Source: Macrostomum lignano (taxonomy: Eukaryota). From it: a stretch of DNA of 64,000 nt. A model generated the notes under the pieces. That model saw only the letters and a program-made list of their open reading frames with translations. It did no database searches and was not told the origin of the DNA. Each line of letters begins with the position of its first letter. Within the stretch, counting starts at the first letter, position 1. Where the stretch lies: the NCBI GenBank assembly GCA_002269645.1, contig NIVC01001522.1, positions 124,001 to 188,000 on the forward strand. Direction: 5' to 3'. The translations under genes were made by a program, and so were the position numbers. Positions 37,353 to 48,869 of this stretch are shown piece after piece.

Positions 37353-38488
37353 GACCAGTGACAACCCGTAGTGCCTCACGCTGGGCACGGTCGATGGCGT
37401 TGAGACGGGTCGCAGATAGCCAGGGCGTCCAGGCCGCGGCGGCGTGCCACACGACGGATTCGACAAGAGCCCGGTAGACTCGCAGCAGTAGCTTGCGATC
37501 CCAGCCCCATTCACGGTGGGCTAGGGCACGAAGAATGGCAGCTCGGCGAAGCATTTTCTTCCGGACGGAGTCAGTTTGCTTTTCGAATAGCAGACCTTGG
37601 TCAATGCAGATTCCGAGAAACTTAATCTTCTGCTTGAAGGGAATCTGTTGGCCCCGGATGGTGAGGCTGAGGTTGCGTTGACGGTCGATCTGTCACGAGA
37701 GAAGAGGCATCCCTCAGTTTTAGAAGAGTTGATGTCAATGCGCAGATGAGCGGCCCATTCCTCGACGAGCTGTAGGGCGGATTGGAGGCGAGCCTGGATT
37801 TCCGGGAGGTTCCGGCCCGTGCTCCAGAGGGCAAGATCGTCTGCATAGCCACTGTAGCTGACGAGAGGCACGGTGTGACCGGACCACTTGTTAACATAGA
37901 TGAGGAAGAGAGCAGGCGAGCTGACGGCGCCCTGGGGGACGCCTTCCTTCAGTCTGCGCCATTTCCCAAGCGAGGAGCCGACCCGCACAGCGATCTGCCT
38001 GCCTTCGAGAAAGCTGGTGAACCAGCGAACCATACAGGCAGGGACGTAGGTTTCTCCTGCCGGATACGGTTGAGCAGGGCTTGCCTGCGAGCGGTGTGCT
38101 CCTCCGTGGGCTGGCAGATAGGGATGGACGGTTGGTCAGAGGACGACGAGTCTTTCTGGGTGGTGGGACCGTTCTCGCAATTGGCGCAGGCCATTCCTGG
38201 GCGTCCGCGGCCTTGTTCGCGGCCCAGCGGCTCAACCCGGAGCAGTCCCTCTGCAGATGGAAGCGGCTGTTACATCTCGCGCAGGTGAGGAACTTGCCGT
38301 GCAGAGGGCGGCCGCAGCTAACATTCTCGCAGCTGTTAGCAGGCCCCGGGTTGGTCTCAACATCGCCGGCCCTGAGCAACAGAAGAGCGGGGAGGTAGCG
38401 GGCCGGATACTTGGCTCCCCCGGTGTTAAAACCTATGCGCGCTCCTCTTCCAGTACAATCACTCTTGCTGGACGCAGTGTCCGGGTTA

Positions 38489-38561
38489 TGGCGCTCTTCG
38501 TACACCCCCATTGGGCGTGTTTCCCCTCCGCGACGAAAACGCGGCGCCAAGTAGGAGCTAC
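38489..38561 (-). ncRNA. Candidate degenerate HDV-like self-cleaving ribozyme in the LINE 5' region
   Basis: Manual fold: P2 TGGCGCC/G(A)GCGCCA, P3/L3 GCG-TTTTCGT-CGC, P4 ACACGCCC-AAT-GGGGGTGT, J4/2 CGAA. P1 has only 4 bp (CTCC/GGAG). Confidence 0.45.
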
Positions 38562-40540
38562 GACAAAGTCTTAGACCGAACGTAAAGTCTGGTGCGTGCT
38601 GCTGTTGTTGTTGTCGTTGCTGCTCTTGCTGCTGGTGCTGCTGTTGCTGCTGGTGCTGTTGGTGCTGTTGCTGCTGGTGCTGTTGGTGCTGCTGCTGCTG
38701 CTGCTGTTTTTGCTGCTGGGCATGACATATTTCACATGACCAATCGAACTCCACTCTTTGAAGTTTTCGGTATTGTTGCTGAGTGAGGCGTCGCCCTGGA
38801 GATGGAAATCAATAATTTTGCTTCAGAGCGCAAATGAGTGCCTGCGGCGCCAAAATGAGTGTCTGTGGCGCCGAAACGAGTGTCGATCTGCGGCGCTAAA
38901 TTTCTAAAATTAGTGTTTGCGGCGCTGAATTGCTAAAAAGTGTCTGCATACATGCCACGCGCCCTAAATTCCTAAAATGAAATTTCTAATTCCTAATTCC
39001 TAAAAAATTCCTAGTGTCTGCGGCGCTAAAATGATGGCCAAGACTAAAACAACACCGATTTTGAAAAAAATTCTTATGTACGGCTTGTAAAATTTTTTCG
39101 CTTTGTACAGCCCCGCCACCATTAAATCCATGGCGACGCCCCTGCTTCTCTCCCTCCCTCTCCGCGGCCTCTCAATCCTCTCCCTTCTCTTTAAACTTTT
39201 AGATTTAGTGTTTGAACTTTCGATTTTGCAACACGAACTATAAAAGATGCTTGGACTTTTAGTCCTTCCTAATGCCTAGGGTTTGCTCTTTCCACCTTAG
39301 ATGAAAGAAACTTCATTTTACGTTCCTGAAAAATTTTAATACTAGCTACCAAGTTGCATGTCAGTCCGTAGACCAAAATACATTTTAACAAAGATAATAT
39401 TGTCAAACAATATCTGTAAAGTGATGAAATTATAGGCCAATTTGGCCATGATGTAGAAGTTGGTGCGATATAAGTAGTGTTAGTCTCGAAATTAAATACT
39501 GTTACCGAATTGTCGATGCTTTATTTGTTACCGAATTGTCCATAATGTTACTGAGGTGGGGGTGGAGAAGATTTTTTTCGGAATAGGCTGGTTTGAAAAT
39601 TTGCTGACACCAGCTGAGGTGGGGCGGATTCCTCGTCTGAATTGCCGCCGGCGTTGAGTTCACACGAATAAATCCGGAAAATCGCGCAGACGAATCACAA
39701 CGAAGTTCTTCTCCTGTTTTACTCCGACTGCCGGGTTCTCAAGTCCGGGGGAGGGTAGTCGTAATCATCGTAGCGGAGCGGTCGTTAGCGGCGCGGTCGT
39801 TTAAGCGATGAAACACCGGAGGTTCTGACGCCGTAAAATTAATGTGTCGATTTGCAGAGCTTGTTACTTTCAATAGGGTAGTTTCTGCCACCACCATAAT
39901 TTACGTATTACGGAACGGATAAGTCTCAGAGCTTTCTTTGAGATGAGAACTTTGGTTATTTTACGCCCCACGGGCAAATGTCTCAAGAAATACTATGGCT
40001 ACTAAAGAAATACTACTAAGAGATAGTCGGTGTTTATTAGGCTTAATAAATGATTACTATGGAGCAGGTAGGTAACTTAAATTGAATACGAACGAGTGAA
40101 ACGCAGGCGGCACCTAGGTGCTAAATTAAATAAATAAAACTAGTTTCAACTGGATAAAATTAATGACAAACGGAAGTTAAAAGAGCGGGAGAGCAAAGCA
40201 AACGGAACGAGCGCATAGCATTTCCACACAAAAAATCAGGGGGTTAAATAGTCAGGCAAACTCATCCGCAAGTGGGAGCAGCTGATGGGAAACTCAATGG
40301 GCGACACTGAACACGGCTTGAAACATTACGCATATAACCCGGCGGCGAGTGTATTCCAACAAAAGTTCCCGCGCGGGGACGCGAGCGTACAGAGCGTGGA
40401 GCACTCGATGGAGCATCGGCTGGACAACTCCAAGCCAGGGAAAATAATTTAGCGATCAACGCACGGACAGGCTAAAAATAAAAATTTAATCATCGATTAA
40501 AAAACTACTCAACTCAGTGGCATCACCGCCTGCCACATTA

Positions 40541-42852
40541 TGACCGTTTTTTCAGTTCCAGTTCCCGGTAAGATAAAAATAACAAAAAGATCGATTTAGC
40601 AAAAAGAACTTGAATGTAGAACGATTTTGACTCGAAACTAAAATTTACCATCTGAAATCTGTGTATATATAAAAAATCTGCTCCACAAACCTTACTGTTG
40701 CTTCAGTGCAGGTCTCCAATCTTGCATAGCGTGATGTTGAAACGTCAGTAACTGCAGAATTTCGCATACAGGCCAAATCGTTCTGCCCCTGGAACTACGA
40801 AATACCCAACAAATACTGTTAACCAATTTTGTTTTCGCAATTTACCATTTGAAATCTGTGTATATGTAAAAAATCAGCTCCACAGACCTTACTGCTGCTT
40901 CAGTGCAGGTCTCCAATCTTGAATTGCGTGATGTTTAAACGTCAAAACTGTACGATTTCGTAGCTACAAGGTTTTTGTAACTTTGAATTTATAAAATAAC
41001 CAGCGTATACTCGTAGGTAATTATAGAACAACAACAACAAAAATATGCAGTAGTCAGTTGGAGGGAGCGTCAGATGACAAGTCGAAGCGCCAGCGGGCGA
41101 AGAATAAGTCCGGCCCATGATCGACGGTGTCGGGCGCCCCAAGTTGCTCAGGATGCAGTCCACGTCGTATCTCCGGGTCCTCGATTTCGCTGGTCGATCC
41201 CCGCAAAGTGAGCGTCATGCAGGATGTCCTGGACAGGCTTGGTCAATAGCCCAGATCACGTAAGCGCCTGTCGGTTGGAGTCGCGATCGCCGTGTCGGCG
41301 CAAGATGGTACATGTATTTTTCGTCTTGCAGCTGTGCGTCCTCTCGCACAGGTCCTCGGACAGGACGCTTTTGTCAGCCTGAATGCACGGAACAGCCCTA
41401 CGGGCCGAGTGCACCAATCAGAATTGGTGCGAGTCAAGACAGTAGTTTCCACGGCCGAGTCCTCTAATGATCGGCAGCGCTTTGGACTGAAGGATGACCA
41501 ACTACAGGATGACGATAGGCCGCCCAGGCAAGTCCTCGATCTAGATCTGCGTCCCCGAATGTCGTCCTCAACGTTTGGGCACCAGAGACCGCCAAGGTGA
41601 ACCGCTGACAGCGCGCGAGGTTGGTCGTCTGCCTGTCTGCGCCGCTGTCAGCTTCGCTGGGATATCGGCTCGCTCGCCAGTGCTTCGGTCTTCAGGCGCG
41701 TGTTGACAAATAGGCCGACGCTTGTTGCCACCTCGACCAACCTTAATCTGGCGTAGGCTGCAGTGCGCCATCAACAATTGAGGACAGGAGTGTGAGGTCG
41801 TCAGCGTAGCCCAGAACCGCTCAGGCGCTTCTCGTTCTGGCGGCAATCCATGCCAGGAGCAGCACGAAGAGGAACGGCGCTTAATGTCACTCTGTGTAGC
41901 ACTCCTAAACAAAGTTTCAGACAGGTCAGACAAGCTGTCTGCCGTCACCATAGCGGCGAGTATCAACTATAGCTACTGGGGACCCGACAGGCCCGCAGAA
42001 CAAAAGGAAGTGCTAATAATCTTAGCACTGAATCAAATGCCATAATAATTAAAACCCTAACAAACGCAGAGTAAAGGCCGAGACCTTTCACAGTCGTGAA
42101 AGGTCCCTTTAGAGTACGTTGGAACTCCTTTTAATTTCTATTTTTCCGAGGTTCATCACATGTATCTTATGTACATCACATGTATTCAAATGACATGTAT
42201 CTTATCATATATTTTTATCTCAATATTTTTATTGCACATGTGATATTCAAAACCCATATTTAAGGACATTGTCCTTAGACTTTTATGAACTTTTTGCGTC
42301 AATTAAAACGATTATTTAAATTACTATTATTTAATTTATTAATTATTAATTTAACACAATATTTTTGGGTTCAAAGTAATTGTAGTTAACTTAATTGTAC
42401 TTAACTGCCTTTATCAAGTGTAAAAAGAACGAAAGATTATTGTTTATTCATTCTACATATTAGTAATTTATTTATTTAGTAATTTATTTTTGTTATACTT
42501 AAAATAATTCTTACTTCATAACGTTATCGTCACATTATCACATGCAAAAGATGTGATATAAAAGATCTATATAAAAGATAATGATATAGATTGAGAGGAG
42601 CCGGCTGCTCGATCGAACCGTGGTTTTTTGAATATTCGCCTCCATGTTAGTATCTGTTTCTACAAAAAAAAAATAAAATAAAATAAAGTTAAAAATAATA
42701 CAGTTTATTCATTTATTCTTTTAGAAATTGATGTCAATTTCATTTTGAAAGCAATAAACACTTGTTTTAATACACGTTGTAACATATTCCGTTACGGCGG
42801 GATTTTAAAGTACGATTTGGGAACTGGAACTTGAAAAACCGGGGGGCCCTCA
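40541..42852. mobile_element. Non-autonomous TIR element with 10-bp TSD (Mutator-like)
   Basis: TGCCACATTA at 40531-40 and 42853-62. Ends TGA..CCGTTTTTTCAGTTCCAGTTCCC and GGGAACTGGAACTTGAAAAACCGG..TCA. Confidence 0.65.
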
Positions 42853-44820
42853 TGCCACATTACCAAACTGTCCTGTACCCCCAACGGTGTGGGCCCCAAC
42901 CGGCCTTTGCAAGGCACACCACCATAGCAGAGCCAAGCCCAAATTAAGTGCTGTTTCTCTATTTAGGTGCTAACTAATGTGATTTCGGCTGCTTAACTGG
43001 ATTACATACTTCCAACATCAAAACGTCTCCCTCCTTATTTGTCACAATTTCAAGGGATGACCATGACTTGAACAAATGCAAAGCTACCTACTAGGGCCTA
43101 CCTAGCTTGCTATCAATGGTTAGGTCCTAAGGTAAGTAAGTTTTTTATTTATTGATAAAGAATATTAATTTGCAATATTCAAGACAAACTTTTGCGGTTT
43201 GCCTAAAATTTGTTTTTTACTGTATCATATAGTATGAGTATGAGTATGACTAGGCCTATAAATATAAAAACTATACTATATGAGATATTTTAAGACTTAA
43301 AGACCTTAGCTTAGCAAAGGCAATTTTTTAGACAAAGAGCTTGCGTGCACGGCTGCCGTTCATGTAAGTAGGGTGTCCAGTGAGATTGCTGAAATCTTAT
43401 GTAGCTTATACATGTTATGAGTAAAATACAATTCGAATTAATTTCAAAATAAAAAAATGAGTATTTTTGTTAATGCGTCCATATACATTAGAAAACAATA
43501 TAGTCATTTTTTTTTTTTTAATTAAGTGTAAATATTTTTTGCAGTTAGCTAATTCTGGCTGGTGCAATTTAGGTACGTGCATATATTTGCAAAAAAGCAC
43601 TGGTTAGCATGCTGCAATTCTGTTATGTGAATGCTGCCGTGCAGTAAGCTGTTTGTTTATTTAAAAACAAAATATTCTATATTAGACAGACTTTCTTTCA
43701 AACTAAGATTTCTGTTTTTTAGGAAACATAAACTTTAAGTATAGCTGTATGAAAATTTTTTAAAAAAATTTGAATGTCATTCCTGTGTTGCAAAATAATC
43801 TTTAAGATGTTTTCTTTTTTAAAATATCAACTTGTATAGTAAATGCATGCTATACTAATATGTCTAAGGATAATTCCCTAGACTTTTAAAAAAAACCCTG
43901 CTTTCTCTTTATTAAACCGCGCCATAGAATTTTCAAGAATTGCCAAGAACTTTTTGACAACCAAATAACGCTGGCACATCTAGCCTTCCTAAAGGAAAAA
44001 TAAAATATAATTTTTAAGTGAGTATTCATTTCAGTCAAAATATACTAAAGTGCAATTAAAATTAAATTTAATTGTAATTTGTCAGATATTCACCATTTTA
44101 GTCGGTCAGCCATCCAGTGCTCTAGGCCTAGCCATTTAAATTGAAGTACTAAAAAAGTAAATTATTACTGTCCAACTTCCGACCAAAGTCACCAGTATTT
44201 TTCTCGATTCGTTACTTGTACCAATTATGGTAATCGTTACTTAGTCCGTTACTTTGTTTCACTAATGTCATTTGGTGATTTTCTGGTGCCTAAAAGATAG
44301 TGCTCTACATGGTGCAGAAAATGCAAATAAATGAAAATAAAGCCTTTTATGCCTGCCTGCAGGTAGAAATTTTGTTTGAATATATTTTGATTTGATGACG
44401 ACGTCGATTTGAATTAATAAAATTTTTAGTGTCTTAAGTTCTTGTGTTCTTCGAGTTATTTTTTATTTAAAATAAATACTTACAAATACTTGTAAATTTA
44501 ATTGCAATACATACTGTATGTGTACACTGTCGTCTGTCAATGACTCAATACAATGATGATACATTACATACATACATTATACATATACTAATATTACTAA
44601 CATACATACATGTATCGAGATCGAGATGCACTGGGTTTGAGTTTTAAGAGATTTAAAAACCAACCAAGCAAATTCAATTCTAATACCACTACCAGTAATT
44701 GCAATACAATACGTATAATTAATTATTGATTAAGCTAAGCCTTGTCACAAAAATACCGAATAGTCAAATATAGTTCAAACTTCAAACTTTCAACTTGAAT
44801 TAATGAATTGAATAATGAAT

Positions 44821-47800
44821 TCACAAATGACGATTCCCTCGCAGCAGAAGAAGCCTCGTGAGCATGTTATTGCTTAGAGACGCACGTTTAGCACGTAGGA
44901 CATCCTTGGCTGCAGAGAATGCTCGCTCAACTGCTGCACTAGCTGGGAGGGCTATATTGTAGTGAACAAAAAGCGCGCCAATAATTGGAATTGGGAATGC
45001 GCTAGCCGTCACATCATCGCCAGGTCGCCAGACATCGTCAAGCCATTCTTGCACAATTTTTTTTGCTCGGGTGCTAACGCTCGAGATCGTCCTGCTCTGC
45101 CTTTCTTTCTATGGATGGCTGAACTCGCCTAGTAGATCATCAGCATCCGTATCATTTCCGTCGCTCAATACACCAGTGCCAGTGGGCGCCGTGCTATCGA
45201 CCACATCTGCCTGCTTTGCAGTAAGCTCTTTTAGCATGGAATCCACCATGAGGCGCTGCACAGACAAACACTGTGATGCATCATACTTTTGCAGCCAGGT
45301 CAAATGGAATCAGGGGTGAAAGCCCGCTGCAAGGAGACACTCAACATTTTCAAATGCTAGAACAAATCAACGAATAATCAAATCCTGAAGATCTTTGATG
45401 AGACCACCGCAGAACTCAAAGGGCACTGTACTGCTTGGGTCCACACTTAGTCCCTTGGCACGGATAGCGTCTAGCTTGGCGAGGACACCAGCGATTGTTG
45501 GCAGCAGCATGCTAAGATGTATGTCTTTCTCGCCTTGCAGTACATCAAGAGCTTTAGCGACTGGTGCCATCACAATACAGTACTCCTTTAACAGACGAGC
45601 GTCGTCAAGCTGAAAAGGCGGCAGTGGCTTCTGCAAGCTATGCGCAATCTTGTTAAGTGACGATCGCATGCCGGATTCAAGAAGGTTGCTAAGCTGCACG
45701 ATGCTGTCATACAGCAAGTTTTAATGCATGGTATTCAGAACCAGTAGCTTTTGGTGAAGCTCGCTTTTGATTAGGTCAGATACAATCAAATTTCTCCCCT
45801 GAGCGTTCCAAAGGCCTTGTGCCTTGGCTAGGGTTTTGCGAAACTGTTGTTTTAGCACAGGGTGCTTTTCAATCGCAGTGGATGTGTCTGTTGATGCGAC
45901 GAGATTCAATATGTGGGCTGCGCATTCATACATGCGCAACAGTCGGCCGAGTCGGCCGATCTGGCCGACCGATTTGGCGGCCAACCAAGGAAGTCGCAAA
46001 AATGCCCACCCAAAAAACACCCAAGAAGTAGTACTAAGTAGCTGACGAGGCATTTTGGGTTATTAAGACAGTCATAGTTACTCCTGCCGTTTACCCAAAG
46101 TTGCGTTAATTTTGCTTTAGGATTTTTTTACATGTAAGTCGCATTTTTGGCTAAAAACTACGTCGCATTTTTGTTAAACTAAGTCGCACGGCCGACCGAA
46201 TTTTGGAGGTTGCGCATGTATGTGCGCATTGCATATGACGAGGCAGCTTATTTGAATCAACTTCACTGGCTGCAACTGTCTCCAGCTGCAGCTGCTGAGA
46301 AACAGGCACCATTCCCACTGGCAGATAGTAAGGACGGTCATATAATTCGTCTCCAGGACCAGTAGCAGTAGCATCGTCGTCATCCTCAGCGTCGGTGTTG
46401 CCAGAGTTCAGCTGACTCTGAGGGTGCTCAGGTAGAATGCCGCAGGAAACACCGAAGTCGCGAAAAGCCTGTGTTGTGTTCATTGTTGGGGTTGGGGTGG
46501 TGCCAGTAGATGAGTCTGCTGAGTGGTAAATCGGTGACCAGACCAGTCATTCACAATCAATAACCATTAATTAACAACCATTGTCCATTGGGCATCATTA
46601 TGAACGTAAATTTTATCTTATTCTCGTCACTCTTAGTCTTGACTCTTCGATACAACTTAATGCAAGATTTGCTTACCTTCACAAAGTTTGCACCATTATC
46701 CGTAGTTGTCATTACCACCTTGCTGTCGATATTATATCTGGCATGAATCGACTGAATCTCTTGTGCTAGAGCAGCACCTGTATGACTTCCTTGTAAATGT
46801 TGAAATGCAATAACAGCATGCTGACATTCGTTAGTACCCGGTTCTAGCCAATGGCAGGTGACGCCAATGTAGGCACGTTGGCCTGCCGAGGTCCAGCAAT
46901 CTGCTGTTGTTGCTATGTTGCTGGCATTACTTAGACGGCTGTAGGTAAATGGATGGTGCAGATTGACTAATTAATGACTAATGAATGACTAATGAATGCT
47001 TCTTATAGATTATGATTATTGATTAATGATTAATGATTAATGATTAGTCTACAATGTTACGTTAATCTATAAATTAATAGCTCAATAGCTAATGCGGAAT
47101 ACCTAGTCAGCTGCTGCTCCATAAGACCAAATGCTGTTGAAATCCGTCTGCCGAGAGTATGACGTGAAGGCACATCCTTGTATGAATTGAGTATCTTAAC
47201 AAGTCAATGAAAGGATTCAAAGTCAATGCATTGAAGAGGCAGCATGTTCTCCACAAAGAAGTCTACTAGGCACTTTTCAAAATCCTCCTGCAAGACTGAC
47301 TGTCCAGAGCGCTGAGCAGCTTTTTGAAACGACTGTTGAATAGACTGCTGTCTACTGTGTCCAGCCTGTTGTAAGGACAAAAGAGTCAAGGACAAGGGGT
47401 TGGGTTGGGATATTGTATTTAATTTAATCAATTTATCAATTGCAATTTGCATTTGGCAATTAGATAAGAAGATAAGTGGATAATAACATCTAATGATCTA
47501 AAATATACTTACACTAGTTGTAGTTGGACTAGGACTAGGCTGGCTAGCTGTAGCTGCACTGGCAGGCGTGGCAGCACTGGTGCTGGTGCTGATGGCAGTT
47601 GTAGATGGCACTGTAGCGGTAGCCTCTGTGACTATAGGACTAGGACTAGCAGGTAAATCAGAATGACAATTATTACCAGGTTCAGGTGCCATCTTTGACT
47701 TCTTCATAGGTGGTTCTACTGTTTCTTCTGCTGGTTGGCCTGTTCCATTTGCACTGCTGCTTCTAGGACTAGGAATCAGGAAAGAACCTATTGTCCTTGT

Positions 47801-48512
47801 TTTTGATCCAGAGGTACCTGGGTTTTGGCTATCACTATTAGCACCAACTGCACCTCACTTTTTTCCTCAATTAAAGCCGGCTTTGCAGAGGACTTCAAAC
47901 TAAAAAATATAATAATAATGAGAATTAAATTACTATTGGCCATTGGGTCTATCTATTGATGAATGAATAATTGTATTATTTTAATGCAATAATAATAAGT
48001 AAGAAATAATATATAATATTTAAATTTAATCTGGCTTTTTTCATCAGACTTGGGGTACCATGGCATTTGGATTTCAATATAATTTAAATTTAACACTAGT
48101 TAACAGTTTGTTTAACATTAAATCAAAAAAATTAATTAAATAAAATTTTCAAAAAAATGTTAATAAAACACCTTTTTCAATTCAGAGCTGTGTTTTGCAC
48201 CTAAATGCTTTTTGAAGTTCTGTAAGGATGACACATGGGCTTTGATAATCCGCTCCGCAGGAGCACAGAGTTGGCAAATATAGTTAGCAACAAAGTCCGA
48301 TGTCCATTCTTTTAGAACAAAAAATGCTCAAGATGGGGCCAAGGATGTGGCCTTGGTGGTGGCAGTGGCACTATGTTTTCTTTGCCTTGGTTGATATTGG
48401 CAATGGCAGGAATGGCAGAATCAAATTCAAATTCATTATTATTATTATCGCTGCCGCTAGATTCACTACTGCTATTGTCATTGATCTCCACAGTTGTAGT
48501 CGCAGATTGCAT
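44821..48512 (-). pseudogene. hAT transposase relic (spliced, disrupted)
   Basis: BED finger HPWPHLEHFLF...CQLCAPAERIIKAHVSSLQNFKKHL; LVDFFVENMLPLQ; VPSRHTLGRRI; ATTADCWT...YIGVTCHW; TTDNGANFVK; CAAHILNLVA; dimerisation domain YNIALPASAAVERAFSAAKDVL. Confidence 0.88.
45927..46222. mobile_element. 296-bp MITE inserted in the hAT CAAH motif
   Basis: Perfect 14-bp TIRs CATACATGCGCAAC / GTTGCGCATGTATG. 8-bp TSD TGCGCATT at 45919-26 and 46223-30. Removing it restores MQCAAHILNLV. Confidence 0.85.
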
Positions 48513-48869
48513 GTTGTCAATGTTACTCTCGATCTAGGATCTAGATCTACTCAACTCAAATAACAATTTGCAATTTCAATCAACAAATTACCTTTTAAGT
48601 TGTAAGAATCTGAATAAGAATAAGAAAGAATTTGGAATTAAACAATTAATTAAGTCAATTTTAACTTTAAGTAAGTCAATAAAATTCAAAAACGAAAAAA
48701 AAACGCCGTATAAACAGGAATTTCCAAAAAATTAAAATTTGTTTTAAAAAGAAGCAAATTAACTAAAACATGCAAAATAAAAAAATAACACTGTACTAAA
48801 TAAATGTTATGGTGTTTAGAGTCATATTTTAAATATTTTATATTTATCTATCCATTCTATTGAGTAGAT

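Larger units (their letters stand above)
36270..38601 (-). mobile_element. Ingi/I-group non-LTR retrotransposon, internally deleted (2A, PHD, partial RT, RNase H)
   Basis: 9-bp TSD CTGTTGTTG at 36261-69 and 38602-10. LLLLRAGDVETNPGP followed by a Cys/His PHD-like finger; RT motifs GVPQGAVSSPALF, YADDLALW, FLGICID; RNase H YFTDGS...FEAELIAI...LTDSQS...LQWVPGHAGIP. Confidence 0.85.
33138..38790 (-). pseudogene. Mutator (MULE) transposase relic with PHD-like N-terminus, poly-Q tract and FLYWCH domain, split by nested insertions
   Basis: In order on the minus strand: LTQQQYRKLQRVEFDWSCEIC + Q tract (~38790-38602); QQDDEPMESS...IPRASEKEKYILIRSDGFSY...WRCTVRNAHTKCTA; FIFASQRQLQLL..CKEWFGD; FLQLYIFHGYV...KQIPLAYILMSGKSKRDY...VFDFE; RTKNETEGYHK...GNLGFYKLA|TLLYDEA; LSRYQR...KLHRYWAVY. 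Several stops and frameshifts. Confidence 0.82.

Noticed and set aside
38783-39144. Possible MITE with GGCGTCGCC(C/A)TGG ends and GCGGCGCTAAA subrepeats
   Set aside because: The ends are only partly complementary and I found no TSD, so the boundaries are unsupported.
41070-41200. Chromodomain-like YDVDCIL...FFARW pieces
   Set aside because: The pieces are in different frames and the similarity is too weak to call without an HMM search.
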